Below are positions 9,708 to 21,940 of a DNA stretch of 64,000 bases, piece by piece. The notes beneath the pieces were generated by a model that saw nothing but the letters and a program-made list of their open reading frames with translations, searched no databases and had not been told where the DNA came from. How positions within the stretch are numbered: the first letter of the stretch is position 1; every line of letters begins with the position of its first letter. The DNA is from Acidimicrobiales bacterium (GTDB lineage Bacteria > Actinomycetota > Acidimicrobiia > Acidimicrobiales > Bog-793): NCBI GenBank assembly GCA_035294085.1, contig DATGLP010000024.1, forward strand, positions 1,061 to 65,060, read 5' to 3'. The translations under genes were made by a program, and so were the position numbers.

Positions 9708-10532
9708 TCACCGCATCTTCGCGCCGGCCCGCCGCCCGACGCGCCGTCCGGTGCGCAGGGCCGGCCGGTGCTCGAAGCGCATCGCGAGGAGCCGCGGGAT
9801 GGCCGCCTCGAGCTCCGGGGCGACCGACGTGGCGAGGAACGCCGCGAGGGGGCGGGGCTCGAGCATCCTCGTGCACAGCAGGTCGTGCTCGGCGAGCGGG
9901 TTGAGGTAGCGCGAGAGGGGCCGGTGCGCGAAGGGGATCGCCACGCCGGGGTCGACCTCCTCCACGGTGACGGCCTCGGCGAGGTAGGGGCCGACGCGCC
10001 AGTAGCGCTCGCCGAGGATCTGGTCGTCGACGAGGCCGCTGCCCGTGCCCTGGTAGAGGGGGTGGTTCACGAGGAGCAGGAAGGTCCCGCCCGGGGCGAG
10101 CACCCGCGCGACCTCACCGAGGAGGGCGTCCCCGTCCTCGACGTGCTCGATGGCGAGGCTGCAGAGGATCCCGTCGAAGCTGGCGGCGGCGAAGGGGAGC
10201 AGCTCGCCGGCGGCCTGCACGTAGGCGACGGGGCCACCCGCGGCCCGAGCGTTGGCGAGCTGCGCCCGGGAGGGGTCGACGCCGACGAGCTCGGGTCCGT
10301 CGAGCACGGCGGCGAGGTGGCGGGCCACCTGGCCCTCGCCGCAGCCGACGTCGAGGATGCGCCGGCACCCCGCCATCTCCCGGGCGACGAGGGGGAGGAT
10401 CTCGAGCTCGTACTCGACGTCCGCGCCACCGGTGAACGTCGCCTTCCACCACGTCGCGTAGCCGTCCCAGATGGCGCCCGAGGCGGCACCCGGTGCCGGC
10501 TGCCACGTCGCACCGGGACCCGGGACCGTCAC
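9708..10532 (-). CDS. class I SAM-dependent methyltransferase
   Basis: ILDVGCGEGQV (motif I), Methyltransf_11-like body. Only the last 274 codons of ORF 9708..12536 are used. GTG 10532 overlaps the uvrC TGA (GTGA). Confidence 0.8.
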   Translation of the reverse strand: MTVPGPGATWQPAPGAASGAIWDGYATWWKATFTGGADVEYELEILPLVAREMAGCRRILDVGCGEGQVARHLAAVLDGPELVGVDPSRAQLANARAAGGPVAYVQAAGELLPFAAASFDGILCSLAIEHVEDGDALLGEVARVLAPGGTFLLLVNHPLYQGTGSGLVDDQILGERYWRVGPYLAEAVTVEEVDPGVAIPFAHRPLSRYLNPLAEHDLLCTRMLEPRPLAAFLATSVAPELEAAIPRLLAMRFEHRPALRTGRRVGRRAGAKMR

Positions 10533-12403
10533 GTCGCCACCGTGGCGCGCCGCGCTGCACCCGGGTGGAGGTGCTCGAAGAGGGCACGCGCTACCTGGTC
10601 GGGGAGCCAGCCGAGCTCGAGCAGCTCGGCGAGCGTGGCGGCCCGGACGGCGCTGAGCGAGCCGAGCTCGCGCACGAGGCGCGCCCGGCGGACCGGTCCG
10701 AGCCCCGGGACGCCGTCGAGGGTGCTCTCGGTCATGCGGCGAGCGCGCAGCGTACGGTGGTAGCCGAGGGCGAAGCGGTGGGCCTCGTCGCGCACCTGCT
10801 GGAGCAGGTAGATCGCCTCGCTGTCCCGGGGGATGCGCACCGGCTCCGGACGCCCGGGCAGGTGCACCTCCTCGAAGGCCTTCGCCAGCGCGGCGAGGGC
10901 GACGCGGCCCTCGAGCCCCAGCTCGGCGAGGACGCGCTCGCCCACCCCGAGCTGGCCGCGGCCGCCGTCGAGCAGGATGAGGTGCGGTCGGTACGCGAAG
11001 CGGCGGGGCCGCCCGTCGCGCTCGCGCCTCGCCTCCTCGTCGAGGCGGCGCAGCCGTCGGGTCAGCACCTCGTGCATCGCGGCGTAGTCGTCGTTGCCGC
11101 GCACCGCGACCTTGAAGCGCCGGTAGTCGCTCCGCTTGGGGAGCCCGTCCTCCATCACGACCATCGACCCGACGTAGTCGCTGCCCTGGAGGTGGCTCAT
11201 GTCGTAGCACTCGATGCGCAGCGGCGCCTCCGGCAGCCCGAGGTAGGCCTGCAGCTCCTCGAGCGCCTTGGCGCGGGCCGCGAGGTCGCTCGCCCGCCTC
11301 GTCCGGTGGCGCTGCAGCTGCTCCGCGGCGTTCGCCGTGGCCACCTCGAGCAGCGCCCGCTTGCGGCCGCGCCGGGGCACGCGGATCGTCACCTTCGCCC
11401 CGCGGCGTTCGCCGAGCCACGCCGCGTAGGTGGCCGCGTCGTCGGGCTCGCAGGCGACGAGCACCTCGCGCGCGACGCCGAGCGGCGTCTCGGCGTAGTG
11501 CTGCTCGAGCACCCTCGCCGCGAGGGCGGCCGAGCCGAGCGGCTCGACCTTCTCGAGGACGAAGCCCTGGCGCCCCACCACCCGGCCGCGCCGCACGTGG
11601 AGCACCTGCACGGCGGCCTCGAGATCGTCGTCGACGATCCCGACGACGTCGAGGTCCTCGTCCGACGCGGCCACCATCTCCTGGCGCTCGCTCGCGAGGC
11701 GCACGGAGGCCAGCTGGTCGCGAAGGCGCGCCGCGCGCTCGAACTCGAGGGCCTCGGCCGCCGCGAGCATCTCGGCCTCGAGGCGCTCGACGACCGGGGC
11801 GGTGTCCCCCTCGAGGAAGGACATCAGCTCCTCGAGGTGCGTGCGGTAGGTGGCCTCGTCGACGGCCCCGATGCACGGTGCCGAGCAGCGCTCGATGTGG
11901 AAGAGCAGGCACGGGCGACCGAGGCGCTCGTGGCGGCGGAACTTCGTGTCGGTGCAGGTCCGGACGGGGAACGAGCGCAGGAGCAGGTCGAGCGTCTCGC
12001 GGATCGCGTAGGCATGGGCGTAGGGTCCGAAGTAGCGCGTGCCGCGCCGCTTCGCGCCGCGCAGGACGACGGCGCGCGGCCAGCGCTCGTCCACGGTCAC
12101 GGCGAGGTAGGGGTAGCTCTTGTCGTCGACGAGGCGGACGTTGAAGCGGGGCCGGTGCTGCTTGATGAGGTTGTACTCGAGCATGATCGCCTCGACGTCG
12201 GAGCGGACCTGGATCCACTCCACCGACGCCGCCCGCTCGAGCATCTGCAGCGTGCGCGGGTGCAGCTGCTGGGGATCCCCGAAGTAGGTGGCGAGGCGCG
12301 CGCGAAGCGAGCGCGCCTTGCCCACGTAGATCACCCGCCCCTCGGCGTCCTTGAACTGGTAGGAGCCGGGGGCGTCCGGTACGTCTGCCGGGCGCTCGAG
12401 CAC
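10529..12403 (-). CDS. uvrC: excinuclease ABC subunit C
   Basis: GIY-YIG N-terminus (GSYQFKDAEGRVIYVGKA), UVR domain, C-terminal HhH. Confidence 0.95.
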   Translation of the reverse strand: MLERPADVPDAPGSYQFKDAEGRVIYVGKARSLRARLATYFGDPQQLHPRTLQMLERAASVEWIQVRSDVEAIMLEYNLIKQHRPRFNVRLVDDKSYPYLAVTVDERWPRAVVLRGAKRRGTRYFGPYAHAYAIRETLDLLLRSFPVRTCTDTKFRRHERLGRPCLLFHIERCSAPCIGAVDEATYRTHLEELMSFLEGDTAPVVERLEAEMLAAAEALEFERAARLRDQLASVRLASERQEMVAASDEDLDVVGIVDDDLEAAVQVLHVRRGRVVGRQGFVLEKVEPLGSAALAARVLEQHYAETPLGVAREVLVACEPDDAATYAAWLGERRGAKVTIRVPRRGRKRALLEVATANAAEQLQRHRTRRASDLAARAKALEELQAYLGLPEAPLRIECYDMSHLQGSDYVGSMVVMEDGLPKRSDYRRFKVAVRGNDDYAAMHEVLTRRLRRLDEEARRERDGRPRRFAYRPHLILLDGGRGQLGVGERVLAELGLEGRVALAALAKAFEEVHLPGRPEPVRIPRDSEAIYLLQQVRDEAHRFALGYHRTLRARRMTESTLDGVPGLGPVRRARLVRELGSLSAVRAATLAELLELGWLPDQVARALFEHLHPGAARRATVAT

Positions 12404-12451
12404 TATTGTGGAGGCTAGGCCGGCCTGGTACCCCGGCCGAACAGATCAGGC

Positions 12452-12506
12452 TTCGTGGCCGACAACCCCGCGGATGGGCGACCAGGCTGTCCCCGCCGGC
12501 CGTGAG
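12452..12506 (+). promoter_or_regulatory. candidate nadA-motif (NAD+-I riboswitch domain-1-like) element
   Basis: P1 pairs 12452-61 with 12497-506. Unpaired 5'-strand bulge ACAACCCC at 12462-69. Coaxial GCGG/CCGC and GGGC/GUCC helices follow. Lies 29 nt upstream of the nadA ATG. Confidence 0.45.
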
Positions 12507-12534
12507 CGGAGCTGCCAACAGATAGCGAGGCCCC

Positions 12535-13680
12535 ATGGTCCGTCTGCAGGCCCGCCTCCCACAGCGCTACGTCGATGCGAGCCCGGAGGAGCTCGCCGGC
12601 TGGATCGGCCAGGCACGCGCCGCGCTCGGCGACCGCCTGTGCATCCTCGGCCACCACTACCAGCGGGACGAGGTGATGGTCTGGGCCGACGCACGGGGGG
12701 ACTCGTTCGGGCTCTCCCGCTTCGCCGCCGCCCACCAGGACGCGGAGTTCGTCGTCTTCTGCGGCGTCCACTTCATGGCCGAGGCGGCCGACATCCTCAC
12801 CGCGCCCCACCAGAAGGTCATCCTCCCCGACTTGAACGCGGGGTGCTCGATGGCCGACATGGCCGACCTCGAGGCGGTCGAGACCGCCTGGGAGGAGGTC
12901 GGCGAGGTCGTCGACATCGAGGCGGTCGTGCCGATCACCTACATCAACTCCTCGGCGGCGCTGAAGGCCTTCGTCGGCCGCCACGGGGGCGCGGTGTGCA
13001 CCTCGTCGAACGCGCGAGCCGTGCTCCGCTACGCCCTCGGCGTCGGTCCGGACGTCCCGGCCGGGTCCGACCTCGCCGAGGCCGTGCGCCGGGCCGGCCG
13101 CAAGGTCCTCTTCTTCCCGGACCAGCACCTCGGGCGCAACACCGGCTTCCAGCTCGGCTTCGACGAGACCGACATGGCGGTGTGGGACCCCCGCCGAGAG
13201 CTGGGCGGCCTCGACGAGGCGTCCGTCAAGGAGGCGACGCTCCTGCTGTGGAAAGGTCACTGCTCGGTCCACCAGCGCTTCCGCCCCGAGCACGTCGCCG
13301 CCTTCCGCCAGGAGCACCCCGAGGGCCTCGTCGTCGTCCACCCGGAGTGCGCGCGCGAGGTGGTCGTCCTCGCCGACGCCGTCGGCTCCACGGACTTCAT
13401 CATCCGCTACGTCGGCGAGGCGCCCCCCGGCGCGACGATCGCGGTCGGAACCGAGATCCACCTCGTGCACCGCCTCGCGGCGGAGCACCCCCACCTCGCC
13501 GTCACCTCCCTCGATCCGCTCGTCTGCCCGTGCTCGACGATGTTCCGGATCGACGCGAAGCACCTCGCCTGGGTGCTCGACGGCCTCCTCGAGGGCGAGG
13601 TGCGGAACCAGATCGTCGTCGACGAGGGCACCGCGCGCGACGCCAGGCTGGCGCTCGAGCGGATGCTGGCCATCACCTAG
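12535..13680 (+). CDS. nadA: quinolinate synthase
   Basis: NadA-like throughout (ILGHHYQRDEV, FCGVHFMAE, TYINSSA, HPEC, CPCSTM). Confidence 0.92.
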   Translation: MVRLQARLPQRYVDASPEELAGWIGQARAALGDRLCILGHHYQRDEVMVWADARGDSFGLSRFAAAHQDAEFVVFCGVHFMAEAADILTAPHQKVILPDLNAGCSMADMADLEAVETAWEEVGEVVDIEAVVPITYINSSAALKAFVGRHGGAVCTSSNARAVLRYALGVGPDVPAGSDLAEAVRRAGRKVLFFPDQHLGRNTGFQLGFDETDMAVWDPRRELGGLDEASVKEATLLLWKGHCSVHQRFRPEHVAAFRQEHPEGLVVVHPECAREVVVLADAVGSTDFIIRYVGEAPPGATIAVGTEIHLVHRLAAEHPHLAVTSLDPLVCPCSTMFRIDAKHLAWVLDGLLEGEVRNQIVVDEGTARDARLALERMLAIT

Positions 13681-13686
13681 GCCCCC

Positions 13687-14019
13687 TCACGCGCCCTGGG
13701 CGGCGCGCCGGCTGCGGCGGTGGCGCAGGCGCAGCTGCACGATCCGGGCCGCGCCGACGAGCACGACGAAGAGCCCGCCGACCACGGCCGCGGCGAGGAG
13801 CGCGACGCCGAGCGGGAGGTGGCCGTGCGCACCGAAGAACGACACCTTGACGTGCTGGCCGTTCTCCAGGATGAACACGATGAGCACGGCGAGGATCACG
13901 AGAGTCGCGACGATCGCCACCCACAGGGCGCTCGTGCGCGTCCGCGCCGGCGGCTCGGGTGCCGACGAGGCCTCGGGCCTCGACGTCGGCGCCGGTCCGC
14001 TCGGCTGCTCGGTCGTCAT
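13687..14019 (-). CDS. LapA/DUF1049-like small membrane protein
   Basis: Two TM helices flank ENGQHVKVSFFG. AAGGAGG lies 5 nt upstream of ATG 14019. Confidence 0.7.
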   Translation of the reverse strand: MTTEQPSGPAPTSRPEASSAPEPPARTRTSALWVAIVATLVILAVLIVFILENGQHVKVSFFGAHGHLPLGVALLAAAVVGGLFVVLVGAARIVQLRLRHRRSRRAAQGA

Positions 14020-14137
14020 GGCGGCCTCCTTACCGTCCCCTCCGTCCGGGCCGAGGCGCAATCCCGGCTCAGCGCGGTCGGCGCGCTGCGGACCCTGCGC
14101 GCACGCTAACACCGGCCCCCGCAGCGCCCGCGAGCGC

Positions 14138-14870
14138 TCAGGCGCGAAGGCGCGCGAGGGGAACCGCCCCCCGAGGGGGCACGACGACGACGCGCTCGCC
14201 CCAGCGGCTGAAGCGCTCGACGGCCCGCCAGCCCGGAGCGACCATGACGGCGCGCTCGAGGCGCGCCGCGCCGAAGCGAGCGACGACGAGCGTCACCGTC
14301 GAGGCCCGCCCGACTCGCTCCGTCACCACGACGACGGCACGGCGGCCGAGGCGGCCGGCCCGCGCCGTCGCGCTCGTGGCCGCACCCGGCAGGAACAGGT
14401 GCGCGAACTGGCCCCGCAGGAGCGTGGACGCCGCGAGGCGGGCGAGAGGACGGCTCGGCCGTTCGAGCTCGACCCAGCGGCCGTGGGCTGCGGCGGCATC
14501 CGCGGCGGCCAGGTCGCAGGTCTCCTCCAGCCCGAGGGCGTTCCCCTGGCACCAGGCACCGCTCGGTGCGAGGCGCGCCTGCGCGACGGCGCGCAGCCCG
14601 CGCGCCGTGACGACCTCTCGCTCGAGGGCGCGCGAGCGAGCGGCATCGATGGTGACCGTGAGGCGGACCGTGACGCCGCCGAGGGTGCTGACGGCGTGAG
14701 CGATGACGCGCACTCCCGCGGCCCGGACGGCTGCGGCCCTCGCGCGCCGTGCCACGGCGGCCGGCGGCAGGCCAGCGAGATCGGACGGGCGCGAGGCGAC
14801 GCTCGGCGCCGCCACGAGCACGGCTGCGGCGCCTGCCGCCGCACGCCAGCGCCGACGACCGGCCACGGCC

Positions 14871-14878
<8 letters not shown>
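14138..14878 (-). CDS. hypothetical exported protein (RRRW twin-arginine-like signal)
   Basis: TTG start overlaps the uvrA 3' end by 8 nt. Has an N-terminal [21 protein letters not shown] signal-like segment and mostly G/C at codon position 3. No recognisable family. Confidence 0.5.
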
Positions 14879-17696
<2,818 letters not shown>

Positions 17697-17716
17697 CGCC
17701 CGAGGATACCGGTCGC

Positions 17717-19786
17717 TCAGCCCACTTCTCGCAGCTCGCGCCGCAGCGAGCGGATCTCGTCCCGGAGGCGGGCCGCGTACTCGAAGCGCAGCTGCCTCGC
17801 CGCGTCGGCCATCTCCGCCTCGAGCGCGGCGATGAGCCGCTCGAGCTCGTCGCCGGCGAGCTCGCCGGGTCGCTGCCCGAGGCCGGCCCCGACCCGCTCG
17901 GCGGCGCGCCGCCCCGCTCGCCGCTGGCGCTCGCTGCGCCTGCCGCCCGACACGCCCTCGGGGTCGCCCCCGCCTGCAGCCGCGCGGAACTGGGCGACGA
18001 GGTCGGTCACCGCCTTGCGGATCGTCTGCGGGTCGATGCCGTGCTCGGCGTTGTACGCCTGCTGGCGGGCACGGCGGCGCTCGGTCTCGGCGATGGCCTG
18101 CCGCATCGAGTCCGTGATGACGTCGGCGTAGAGCACGACTCGTCCCGACACGTTGCGCGCGGCGCGCCCCATCGTCTGGATGAGCGAGGTCGAGGAGCGG
18201 AGGAAGCCCTCCTTGTCGGCGTCGAGGATGGCGACGAGCGAGACCTCGGGCAGGTCGAGGCCTTCGCGCAGCAGGTTGATGCCGACGAGCACGTCGAACT
18301 CCCCGAGGCGCAGGTCTCGCACGATCTCGATGCGCTCGATGGTGTCGATGTTCGAGTGCAGGTACCGCACGCGCAGCCCCATGCCGAGCAGGTAGTCGGT
18401 GAGGTCCTCGGCCATCTTCTTCGTGAGCGTCGTGACGAGCGTCCGCTCGCCGCGCGCGGTCACCGCCTCGATCTCGGCGATGAGGTCGTCGATCTGTCGC
18501 TTCGTCGGCTTGACGACCACCTCGGGGTCGACGAGACCCGTCGGGCGCACGATCTGCTCGACGACCTGGCTCGACACCGAGAGCTCGTAGTCGGAGGGGG
18601 TCGCCGACATGAAGATGCACTGGTTGATGCGCGCCTCGAGCTCCTCGAAGCGCAGCGGGCGGTTGTCGAGCGCGGAGGGCAGGCGGAAGCCGTGCTCGAC
18701 GAGCACCTCCTTGCGCGACCGGTCGCCGGCGAACTGGCCGTGCAGCTGGGGAACGGTGACGTGGCTCTCGTCGATGACGAGGAGCCAGTCCTCGGGGAAG
18801 TAGTCGAGGAGGGTGTACGGCGGCTGCCCAGGGGCGCGCCCGTCGAGGTGACGGCTGTAGTTCTCGACGCCGCTGCAGGTGCCGACCTCGGCGAGCATCT
18901 CGAGGTCGTGCTCGGTGCGCATCCGGAGCCGCTGCGCCTCGAGCAGCTTGCCGGCCGCCTCGAGCTCGGCGAGGCGCTCGCCGAGCTCCGCCTCGATCGA
19001 CGCCAGCGCGCGTCGCAGCCGCTCGTCACCCGCCACGTAGTGGCTCGCCGGGAAGACGACGAGCTCCCCGAGCTCGCCGAGCACCTCGCCGGTCAGCGCG
19101 TCGAAGCGGGTGATGCGCTCGACCTCGTCGCCGAACAGCTCGATGCGCACCGACGTCTCCTCGTAGGCAGGGTGCACCTCGATCGTGTCGCCGCGCACGC
19201 GGAAGCGCCCGCGCACGAGGTTGGTGTCGTTGCGCTCGTAGTGCATCTCGACGAGCTGGGCGAGGATCTCGCGCTGGGGGTGCTCCTCCCCCTGCCGCAG
19301 CACGAGGATCCGCCCCTCGTACTCCTCGGGCGAGCCGAGGCCGTAGATGCACGACACCGAGGCGACGACGACGACGTCGCGCCGGGTGAGCAGGCTCGCG
19401 GTCGTCGAGTGGCGGAGCCGGTCGATCTCGTCGTTGATGGAGGAGTCCTTCTCGATGTAGGTGTCGGTCTGCGGCAGGTAGGCCTCGGGCTGGTAGTAGT
19501 CGTAGTAGGAGACGAAGTACTCGACGCGGTTGTCCGGCAGCAGCTCGCGGAACTCCCCGGCGAGCTGCGCGGCGAGGGACTTGTTCGGAGCGATCACGAG
19601 CGTCGGACGCTGGGCGCGCTCGATCGTCCAGGCGATCGTCGCCGACTTGCCGCTCCCGGTGATGCCGAGCAGCGTCTGGTAGCGGTCGCCCCGCGCCAGC
19701 CCCTCGGCGAGCGCCGCAATCGCCTTCGGCTGGTCGCCGGCCGGAGCGAACCCCGAGACGACGCGGAAGGGGGGCATCGCCGCCAT
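17717..19786 (-). CDS. uvrB: excinuclease ABC subunit B
   Basis: [15 protein letters not shown], helicase motifs, C-terminal UVR domain. ATG 19786 (alternative 19777). Confidence 0.95.
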   Translation of the reverse strand: MAAMPPFRVVSGFAPAGDQPKAIAALAEGLARGDRYQTLLGITGSGKSATIAWTIERAQRPTLVIAPNKSLAAQLAGEFRELLPDNRVEYFVSYYDYYQPEAYLPQTDTYIEKDSSINDEIDRLRHSTTASLLTRRDVVVVASVSCIYGLGSPEEYEGRILVLRQGEEHPQREILAQLVEMHYERNDTNLVRGRFRVRGDTIEVHPAYEETSVRIELFGDEVERITRFDALTGEVLGELGELVVFPASHYVAGDERLRRALASIEAELGERLAELEAAGKLLEAQRLRMRTEHDLEMLAEVGTCSGVENYSRHLDGRAPGQPPYTLLDYFPEDWLLVIDESHVTVPQLHGQFAGDRSRKEVLVEHGFRLPSALDNRPLRFEELEARINQCIFMSATPSDYELSVSSQVVEQIVRPTGLVDPEVVVKPTKRQIDDLIAEIEAVTARGERTLVTTLTKKMAEDLTDYLLGMGLRVRYLHSNIDTIERIEIVRDLRLGEFDVLVGINLLREGLDLPEVSLVAILDADKEGFLRSSTSLIQTMGRAARNVSGRVVLYADVITDSMRQAIAETERRRARQQAYNAEHGIDPQTIRKAVTDLVAQFRAAAGGGDPEGVSGGRRSERQRRAGRRAAERVGAGLGQRPGELAGDELERLIAALEAEMADAARQLRFEYAARLRDEIRSLRRELREVG

Positions 19787-19824
19787 CGTACCGGGGCGGC
19801 GGGCGCCAGCCGGGCGGGCCGAGG

Positions 19825-20436
19825 CTACCCGGCGGACCCGGCGCGCAGGCCTTCGATCCAGCGCCAGGCGTTCTGCGCCATCTCGGCCAGCTCGGCCTGC
19901 GTCCCGACGTTCAAGATGACGAAGTCCGCCGCCCGCAGGCGCGCCGCGCGCGGGGCCTGCGCGCGGACGCGGCGCCACGCCTCCTCCGGCGTCATCGACC
20001 GGCTCGCCACGAGGCGCTCGACCGCGAGCTCGGGCGGCACGTCGACGACGAGGACCCCGTCGATCGGGTAGCGGTCGACCCCGGTCTCGACGAGGAGGGG
20101 GACGACGAGCACGACGACGGCGTCGCTCGGCGCGAGCTCGTCGAGGCGACGGCGGATCTCGGCCTCGACGAGCGGGTGCACGATCGCCTCGAGGTCCGCT
20201 CGCGCCGCGTCGTCGGCGAAGACGATCTCGGCGAGGGCGGCCCGATCGACCGTCCCGCCGGGCACCACCTCCTCGCCGAAGCGCTCGGCGACGGCGCGCG
20301 CGCCCGGCGAGCCCGGGGCGAGCGCCGCTCGCGCCAGCTCGTCGGCATCGACGACGAGCGCGCCGCGGCGGGCGAGCAGGCTCGCCACGGTCGACTTCCC
20401 CGATCCGATGCCACCGGTGAGCCCGACGACGACCAC
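19825..20436 (-). CDS. coaE: dephospho-CoA kinase
   Basis: [17 protein letters not shown]-loop at the N-terminus if GTG 20436 is used. An alternative CTG overlaps the rpsA TGA at 20463-66. Confidence 0.88.
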   Translation of the reverse strand: MVVVGLTGGIGSGKSTVASLLARRGALVVDADELARAALAPGSPGARAVAERFGEEVVPGGTVDRAALAEIVFADDAARADLEAIVHPLVEAEIRRRLDELAPSDAVVVLVVPLLVETGVDRYPIDGVLVVDVPPELAVERLVASRSMTPEEAWRRVRAQAPRAARLRAADFVILNVGTQAELAEMAQNAWRWIEGLRAGSAG

Positions 20437-20462
20437 CGGGCCCGCTGCCTCGGCCCGGCGCC

Positions 20463-21818
20463 TCAGCGCGCCTCGGCCGCTCCGTCGGCGCCCTCGGAGG
20501 GCTCGTCGCTGGCGGCGAAGTCGGCCCACGCCGCCTGCGCCTCGGTCTCGGGGGTGAACTCGGTCGAGGAGTAGTCGTAGCCGCCGATGTAGTTGCCCTC
20601 GGCGTCGTAGGCGTGCTGGCCGAACGCCTCCCGGTACTCCTCGGCCACCTCGCCTCCCTCGGCGGCCTGCTTGATCGACAGGCTGATCCGGCGCCGCTGC
20701 AGGTCGATGTCGATGATCTTCACCCACAGCTCCTCGCCCGGCGTGACGACCTGCTCGGGGAGGTCGACGTGGTGGCTCGCCATCTCCGAGATGTGGACGA
20801 GGCCCTCGATGCCGTCGCCCACCTGCACGAAGGCACCGAAGGGCACGAGCTTCGTGATGCGCCCGTAGACGAGCTCGCCGACCCGGTGCGCGGCGGCGAA
20901 CTCCTGCCAGGGATCCGACTGCGTCGCCTTCAGGGAGAGGCTGATCCGCTCCTTCTCGAGGTCGACGTCGAGCACCTGGACGGTGACCTCGTCGCCGACC
21001 GAGACGACCGAGGACGGGTGGTCGACGTGCTTCCACGACAGCTCCGACACGTGGACGAGCCCGTCCATCCCGCCGAGGTCGACGAAGGCGCCGAAGTTCA
21101 CGACCGAGGAGACGACGCCCTTGCGGATCTCGCCCGGCTTCAGGTTGATGAGGAACTCGCCGCGCTGCTCCTTCTGCGTCTCCTCGAGCCAGGCGCGCCG
21201 CGACAGGACGACGTTGTTCCGGTTCTTGTCGAGCTCGATGATCTTCGCCTCGAGCACCTTGCCGACGTACGGCTGCAGGTCCCGCACCCGGCGCAGCTCG
21301 ACGAGCGAGGCGGGCAGGAACCCGCGCAGCCCGATGTCGAGGATGAGGCCGCCTTTCACCACCTCGATGACCGGGCCGCGCACGACGCCGTTCGTCTCCT
21401 TCAGGCGCTCGATCTCCCCCCAGGCCCGCTCGTACTGGGCGCGCTTCTTCGACAGGATGAGCCGGCCTTCCTTGTCCTCCTTCTGCAGCACGAGCGCCTC
21501 GATCGTGTCGCCCACCGAGACGACCTCGTGGGGGTCCACGTCGTGGCGGATCGAGAGCTCCCGGGCCGGGATGACGCCCTCGGACTTGTAGCCGATGTCG
21601 AGGAGGACCTCGTCCTTGTCCACCTTCACGACCGTCCCCGTCACGATGTCGCCGTCGTCGAACTCGACGATCGTCCGGGCGATGGCCTCGTCGAGCGTGA
21701 GCCCGGCGAGGTCGTCCTCGGTGACCTGGCGCGGCGTGTACACGCCCTCGGCGTCGAAGGTTCCCATCGGCGCGGGCGAGGTACCGGCGGCGGGGATCGT
21801 TGTGGAGGTATCAGACAT
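20463..21818 (-). CDS. rpsA: 30S ribosomal protein S1
   Basis: Four S1 domains ([21 protein letters not shown], etc.) and an acidic C-terminal tail. Confidence 0.96.
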   Translation of the reverse strand: MSDTSTTIPAAGTSPAPMGTFDAEGVYTPRQVTEDDLAGLTLDEAIARTIVEFDDGDIVTGTVVKVDKDEVLLDIGYKSEGVIPARELSIRHDVDPHEVVSVGDTIEALVLQKEDKEGRLILSKKRAQYERAWGEIERLKETNGVVRGPVIEVVKGGLILDIGLRGFLPASLVELRRVRDLQPYVGKVLEAKIIELDKNRNNVVLSRRAWLEETQKEQRGEFLINLKPGEIRKGVVSSVVNFGAFVDLGGMDGLVHVSELSWKHVDHPSSVVSVGDEVTVQVLDVDLEKERISLSLKATQSDPWQEFAAAHRVGELVYGRITKLVPFGAFVQVGDGIEGLVHISEMASHHVDLPEQVVTPGEELWVKIIDIDLQRRRISLSIKQAAEGGEVAEEYREAFGQHAYDAEGNYIGGYDYSSTEFTPETEAQAAWADFAASDEPSEGADGAAEAR

Positions 21819-21940
21819 GCTGGGACGTCGCTTTCGGGGGACGTGGCCCGAGCGCCGGCAGGTGCGCCCGGAGGGCTTCCAATGTCACAAGTCTAGGGCC
21901 GGCCGGCGGGACCCACCCGGGGCCGGAGCCGCCCGGCATG

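Noticed and set aside
12507-12534. Search for the second tandem domain of the nadA motif (and AACAGAU direct repeats at 12440 and 12517)
   Set aside because: There is no second ACANCCCC bulge or matching helices. The AACAGAU repeats are short and could be chance. The riboswitch call is therefore kept as single-domain and tentative.
10533-12536. N-terminal ~660 aa of the 942-aa ORF 9708..12536
   Set aside because: Out of frame with uvrC and without motifs. Only the C-terminal methyltransferase part, starting at the GTGA junction, is credible.
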